Assembly (NCBI GenBank): GCA_037442745.1 | Contig: JBBIPP010000014.1 | Span: forward strand, 1 to 11,427 | Reading direction: 5' to 3' | DNA: 11,427 nt | DNA from: an archaeon | Lineage (GTDB): Archaea > SpSt-1190 > DYHY01 | Shown: positions 7,681 to 11,427 of the stretch, piece by piece | Layout of the letters: each line of letters opens with the position of its first letter | How positions within the stretch are numbered: position 1 is the first letter of the stretch | Position numbers and translations under genes: made by a program | Notes under the pieces: model-generated | Seen by the model: the letters and a program-made list of their open reading frames with translations, nothing else | Told to the model about the DNA's origin: nothing | Databases searched by the model: none

Positions 7681-8828
7681 GTGCAAGAATATTTCGCCTG
7701 TGAACACTTTTCTCTTGCTCCGGACTTTATCCGATAACTGAAGGTAAAAGACTTCGGCAGGCATCAGCTAAAGCCCTATTTCACTTACTAGGGACAGCCA
7801 ACTGAATTAAAAGGGACTTGCCTTTTTCTTCCAGATGGCGGATTGGACTTGAGGAAAAATTGAGATATTCCTGTTTTCTTGAGGAAATCCCCTCTCCTGT
7901 GGAAAAACATCCCCCGATTCTCTCCCCAAAACAGCGTTCAGGCAAGGAAAAGAGAGCCCCGACAGCAGTCCAGACTGAAGAATTCTCCAGCTTTCCCCTG
8001 TCTAACGGGTTCTCAGTTTCAGATTTTCAGGTCATTGTTCCTGAAACGGGAAATGGCAGGCCATTCTTCCGCACTATTGCCGAAAAAGAATGGTTGGGCA
8101 AAAGAGGGAGGCTTCACAGAGCAGAATATTCCCTTCCGGACAACTTTGCAGAGTCCGAAGGGAAAGTTTCCTACAGGACAATATGCTTTTCCGGATATAC
8201 TGACTTTCTTCCCGAACCCTAAAAATACTCTCCGAACAATCAATTGAGCCGACTCTTGGGAACTATCCAAGCAAGGGCTACAAAGTCGCCCAATGCCAAT
8301 AATGTCTTGCCGGAAATGAGAAGAATTTGCTCAAGACTGAGACGCTCTCCTATTCCCAATACGGCGACCTCCTATCATTCGAGGTTGACGGCAAGGCGAT
8401 TCCTGACAATTCCCAAACTGACAAGGCGCAGGCCAAGTATTTTCAATCAAGGCGGAAAGTGAACTCTTCAGAAGTTCTCAAGAAACTCTCAAGAACATTC
8501 TCCCGGGAATTGGAAATAGCCCAGATACTGGAACTCGGGAATACAAGGCTCAAATTAACTGAATTATGAAGCAATGGCTTTGTTTAACGGGATTGGCCCC
8601 AATTCAAGCGAACCAGTCCCCCTTCCGGGAAATTGACAAGAGATTCCTTCGGGCTCGCAAATTCAGCATCAATAGGTCTTCGGCTAGCGTCCGTTGCAAG
8701 AGGATTTTCCGAATATGCCGAAATCTTCCCGGGAACCCTTGGGAGCTCCTGAAGCAGTTGTCCTAGCGTCAGGAAGTGTTGCCGAATATTCCGGGGAACA
8801 ATTCTTTCCTATTCGGGAGCGCATTTGA
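7681..8828 (+). pseudogene. Probable decayed gene of unknown family (about 380 codons, end approximate)
   Basis: A GTG directly after the cdc48 stop begins a protein-like path through successive frames: VQEYF..FIR*LKVKDFG..FTY*GQPTELKG..RKN*DIPVFL / EEIPSP..FLPEP / LKILSEQSIEPTLGNYPSKGYKVAQCQ*CLAG..LKLTE / ..AVVLASGSVAEYSGEQFF. Stops at 7735, 7789, 7861 and 8300. No long ORF on either strand. Confidence 0.5.
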
Positions 8829-8889
8829 TGGGGCCTGGAATTTTCGCCTCCTGAAACAGGGAAACTTGAAAGCCGCCGGAAAAACTGGC

Positions 8890-11049
8890 CTATGGCATTA
8901 CCCTTTCAGCTTCCTCGTCAACCTTTCCGGTGACGGCGTCAACAACAATCCTTCTCTTCTTGCTTGTTCGGAAGACCCAGTATGGATAGTAGCAGAGGGA
9001 AGTTGACGATATTCTTATCGAGTTCCCAAAAAGGCTTGTGACAATTTTTTCGGAATCAGTTTCAGTCAAATCCGGCTCAAGAACCCTTCCTTCCGGAAAA
9101 ACCCTCTCCCCCGAAATGTCAATTTTCGGAATTACCAAGGGAACAGTCCTCTTCGCTTTCGCCGAATAGAGTATTTCCCCGTCTTTCCCTCTCTTCGACG
9201 TGACAACAAGCCTTTCTTCAATAAGCCTGTTCAGGTATTTCTTGGCAATCCGCTCGTCAAGCCGGAGGCGCTCGACAATCCGCCTTATCTCTGACTGCTC
9301 GTTTAGGAACAAAAGGAGCTCCCTTTCCGCAGGGGAGAGGTCAATTACTTCCGTGACTCCCCTGGATTTCCCGTTCTTGATGAGGATTTCCCCAATGAAC
9401 CCGTCCACATAGACAATCCCGGACTCTCTAGTTGCGGGGTTTTTCGCCTGGATTTGCCAGAACGGGTAATAGACCTTTTCCTTTTGGAGGAAATGCTCGG
9501 CTGTCACAAAGAAGAGAATTCTCCGGAGGACTTTTTTCGCCTCCTTTGCAGCGCTGTCTGAATCGATTTTGGCGGGAATTGAGAATATTCTCTCCTTCCT
9601 CTTTGCCGAGGAAACGTCCTCAACTGGCGCAGGAATTGGGGATTTCGCCGAAAGCTGGCTTTCCCTCTCCTTTGCCCTTCTCTCAAGGAGTTCCTTTGGT
9701 ATTTTCCGTTCAAGGGCCAATGCGCTTCGCCCCTCGTGCTGAGTTCTTCTTGGCCGAATTGTCATTACGAACGCCCGAGTTGAGCCCTCCTCCCTGTCGG
9801 CAACGAGAGCCTCCCCAAGGGGAAGGGAGCGGATGAACGAGATGTCCTCCATTTTCTTGTCAACATTCTTCGGAACTCGCCGAAAAACGCTTTTAATATC
9901 GTCATAGAAAACTAGCTTGTGGGAAATCAGGAGATCCAATTGGGAGAGGACTTGGGAATCAATTGCTGAAGGCTGCTGTGTTGCGAGAACAATTGAGCAT
10001 CCGGGCCTTCTCCCCTGCTTTACATATTCGACAATTGCCTCAGAAGCGGCAGTCCTCCTGCTGTTGGGAATTAGCGTGTGCGCCTCGTCAATCACAAGCC
10101 AGGTTGGCGGAACTGTTGTTGTCACCTGCCCCAAAGATTCCCCACGTGCGGCAGTTTTCCTTATTTCAAGTACTTTTCTAGCAATAATTCCGACAACAAG
10201 GGCTGAGACACCCTCTTCAAGGAAGGAGACATCAATTACTGTGACTTTGCCAGCCGAGCTTATCTCGTCAATCGGGGTCGCTCTGTCGGAGAGCACTCCC
10301 CATTCCTTTGCGGATTCAAGGCGGGAAATCAGGCCCCTCCGGGTGACTTTTGAGAATCCCTTGACCTTGCTTGTGAGGTCATCGTCCTCCTCCAGGATTT
10401 TCGCAAGTTCAGATATTGTGTGGCTTGCTCCCCCGGAAACGTTCTTTCCGGCTTTTGCAATTGCTCTCTCAAGAGCCAATGCAGCCGGGTCGAACCTCTC
10501 CATTCCGAAAGTCAGGCACCAGTCATCAACTGTCAAATCAGCGGTTTTCAGGGAGAAGACGCCGTCATATGTTTCCTTTGGAGCCTTGCTCTGGGCTCCT
10601 TCAGGTATTAGGACTGACACATTCTCAAGGCCGTCCTGGGTGAGGCCCCATTCCTTCAGGCGGGAGACCTCCTTTTCCTGGGAATTCGCCTTCTTTATGC
10701 TCCAAAAAACCCCAACAGGGTCAATTACAATTACCCCGACATTCCTGTTCTTTCTTGCAAGCTCTTCCAATATTACCCCGACAGTATAGCTTTTTCCTGA
10801 GCCTCGGGCCCCGCATATGAAGACAACGTGTGGGAAAATCGAGTCTAGGAGGACTTTGGAATTCTTGTATTTGCCCTCATCCCCCACTTTTCCGAGGAAG
10901 AGAGCCCCTTCCAAAGCGAACTTCTCCAAAGCCTCCTTTCCCCGCCCAATATGCGCGTTTCCGGCCTTGTCTGTAAGGAGAGAGAGCTCGCTTATTTCGG
11001 ATTGGCTTGAAGAAGAGGGACTAATCCCCCCCTTTCCTCTTTCTGGCAC
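8890..11049 (-). CDS. HerA/FtsK-superfamily (DUF87-type) ATPase with a C-terminal repeat-wHTH-repeat extension
   Basis: 719 aa. PHVVFICGARGSGKS (Walker A), IVIDPVG, WLVIDEAH (Walker B), GRRPG arginine finger and LATQQPS. GTG start with an upstream GGTG. Confidence 0.88.
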   Translation of the reverse strand: MPERGKGGISPSSSSQSEISELSLLTDKAGNAHIGRGKEALEKFALEGALFLGKVGDEGKYKNSKVLLDSIFPHVVFICGARGSGKSYTVGVILEELARKNRNVGVIVIDPVGVFWSIKKANSQEKEVSRLKEWGLTQDGLENVSVLIPEGAQSKAPKETYDGVFSLKTADLTVDDWCLTFGMERFDPAALALERAIAKAGKNVSGGASHTISELAKILEEDDDLTSKVKGFSKVTRRGLISRLESAKEWGVLSDRATPIDEISSAGKVTVIDVSFLEEGVSALVVGIIARKVLEIRKTAARGESLGQVTTTVPPTWLVIDEAHTLIPNSRRTAASEAIVEYVKQGRRPGCSIVLATQQPSAIDSQVLSQLDLLISHKLVFYDDIKSVFRRVPKNVDKKMEDISFIRSLPLGEALVADREEGSTRAFVMTIRPRRTQHEGRSALALERKIPKELLERRAKERESQLSAKSPIPAPVEDVSSAKRKERIFSIPAKIDSDSAAKEAKKVLRRILFFVTAEHFLQKEKVYYPFWQIQAKNPATRESGIVYVDGFIGEILIKNGKSRGVTEVIDLSPAERELLLFLNEQSEIRRIVERLRLDERIAKKYLNRLIEERLVVTSKRGKDGEILYSAKAKRTVPLVIPKIDISGERVFPEGRVLEPDLTETDSEKIVTSLFGNSIRISSTSLCYYPYWVFRTSKKRRIVVDAVTGKVDEEAERVMP

Positions 11050-11072
11050 GTTTTGAACACCAAAATTCCTAC

Positions 11073-11111
11073 TATAAATAAAGTTTGCAGGCCCCGGCGA
11101 ATGTTTATAAA
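11073..11111. promoter_or_regulatory. Divergent TATA boxes for the HerA-like gene (-) and tRNA-Phe (+)
   Basis: TTTATTTATA on minus at 11082-11073. TTTATAAA on plus at 11104-11111, 25 nt before the tRNA. Confidence 0.6.
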
Positions 11112-11136
11112 GAACTTTTCGGCTATTTTATTTCAA

Positions 11137-11213
11137 GGGTCCGTAGCTCAGACTGGGAGAGCGGCAGACTGAAGATCTGTAGGTCAAGGGTTCAAATCCC
11201 TTCGGACCCACCA
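11137..11213 (+). tRNA. tRNA-Phe (anticodon GAA), CCA encoded, no intron
   Basis: Acceptor GGGTCCG/CGGACCC, D-arm GCTC/GAGC, anticodon arm GCAGA-CTGAAGA-TCTGT, T-arm AAGGG-TTCAAAT-CCCTT and 3' ACCA. Confidence 0.98.
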
Positions 11214-11248
11214 GTTTCGGATAACTTGTTTAACTTCCGAAACTGGTG
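11209..11248. repeat. 13-bp perfect inverted repeat overlapping the tRNA-Phe CCA end
   Basis: CACCAGTTTCGGA (11209-11221) and TCCGAAACTGGTG (11236-11248), with a 14-nt loop. Confidence 0.85.
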
Positions 11249-11324
11249 ACTTCACTAATACTTCATTCAGCCACCCTACCTTGTCCTCAGATTTCGCCTC
11301 CGGGCTCAACCTTCCGCCAAGGCT

Positions 11325-11427
11325 CCAGACATCCCTCCGGTCGGCCTTCTGATCCCCTCCCTTACCCAGACCTCCCTCCGGTCGGCCTTCTGATCCCCTC
11401 CCTTACCCAGACCTCCCTCCGGTCGGC
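11325..11427. repeat. 41-bp tandem repeat, 2.5 copies, truncated by the window end
   Basis: Unit CCAGACCTCCCTCCGGTCGGCCTTCTGATCCCCTCCCTTAC starts at 11325, 11366 and 11407. One mismatch (A11331). No spacers. Confidence 0.95.

Noticed and set aside
5256-10789. Long antisense ORFs (5256-6014, 6621-7127, 7237-7764, 9917-10789 and others)
   Set aside because: They are shadow frames opposite cdc48 and the HerA-like gene, most with the Ser/Pro-rich composition typical of antisense reading.
11325-11427. CRISPR array
   Set aside because: Units are head-to-tail with no unique spacers, and no cas genes are in the window.

Overview
Archaeal chromosomal window, probably a DPANN-type or euryarchaeal lineage (inferred from radB, dph2, cdc48, a 7S-type SRP RNA, TATA-box promoters and CCA-encoding tRNAs). 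Intact genes: tRNA-Gly(GCC), a small Cys-rich membrane-anchored protein, two coupled hypothetical ORFs, SRP RNA, dph2, radB, cdc48, a HerA/DUF87-type ATPase with an unusual C-terminal extension, and tRNA-Phe(GAA). Between them lie decayed genes that the ORF track shows only as fragments. These are a pirin pseudogene whose lesions look dominated by G:C>T:A changes, a frameshifted membrane-protein gene, and a probable ~1.15 kb pseudogene after cdc48. The most unusual feature is non-coding. tRNA-Gly is surrounded by three partial copies of its own ends, interrupted by short inserts. Several inserts carry a covarying TC-SS-loop-SS-TC hairpin motif that recurs after tRNA-Phe, in the terminal 41-bp tandem repeat and at the window start. 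All alignments were made by eye and no searches were run.
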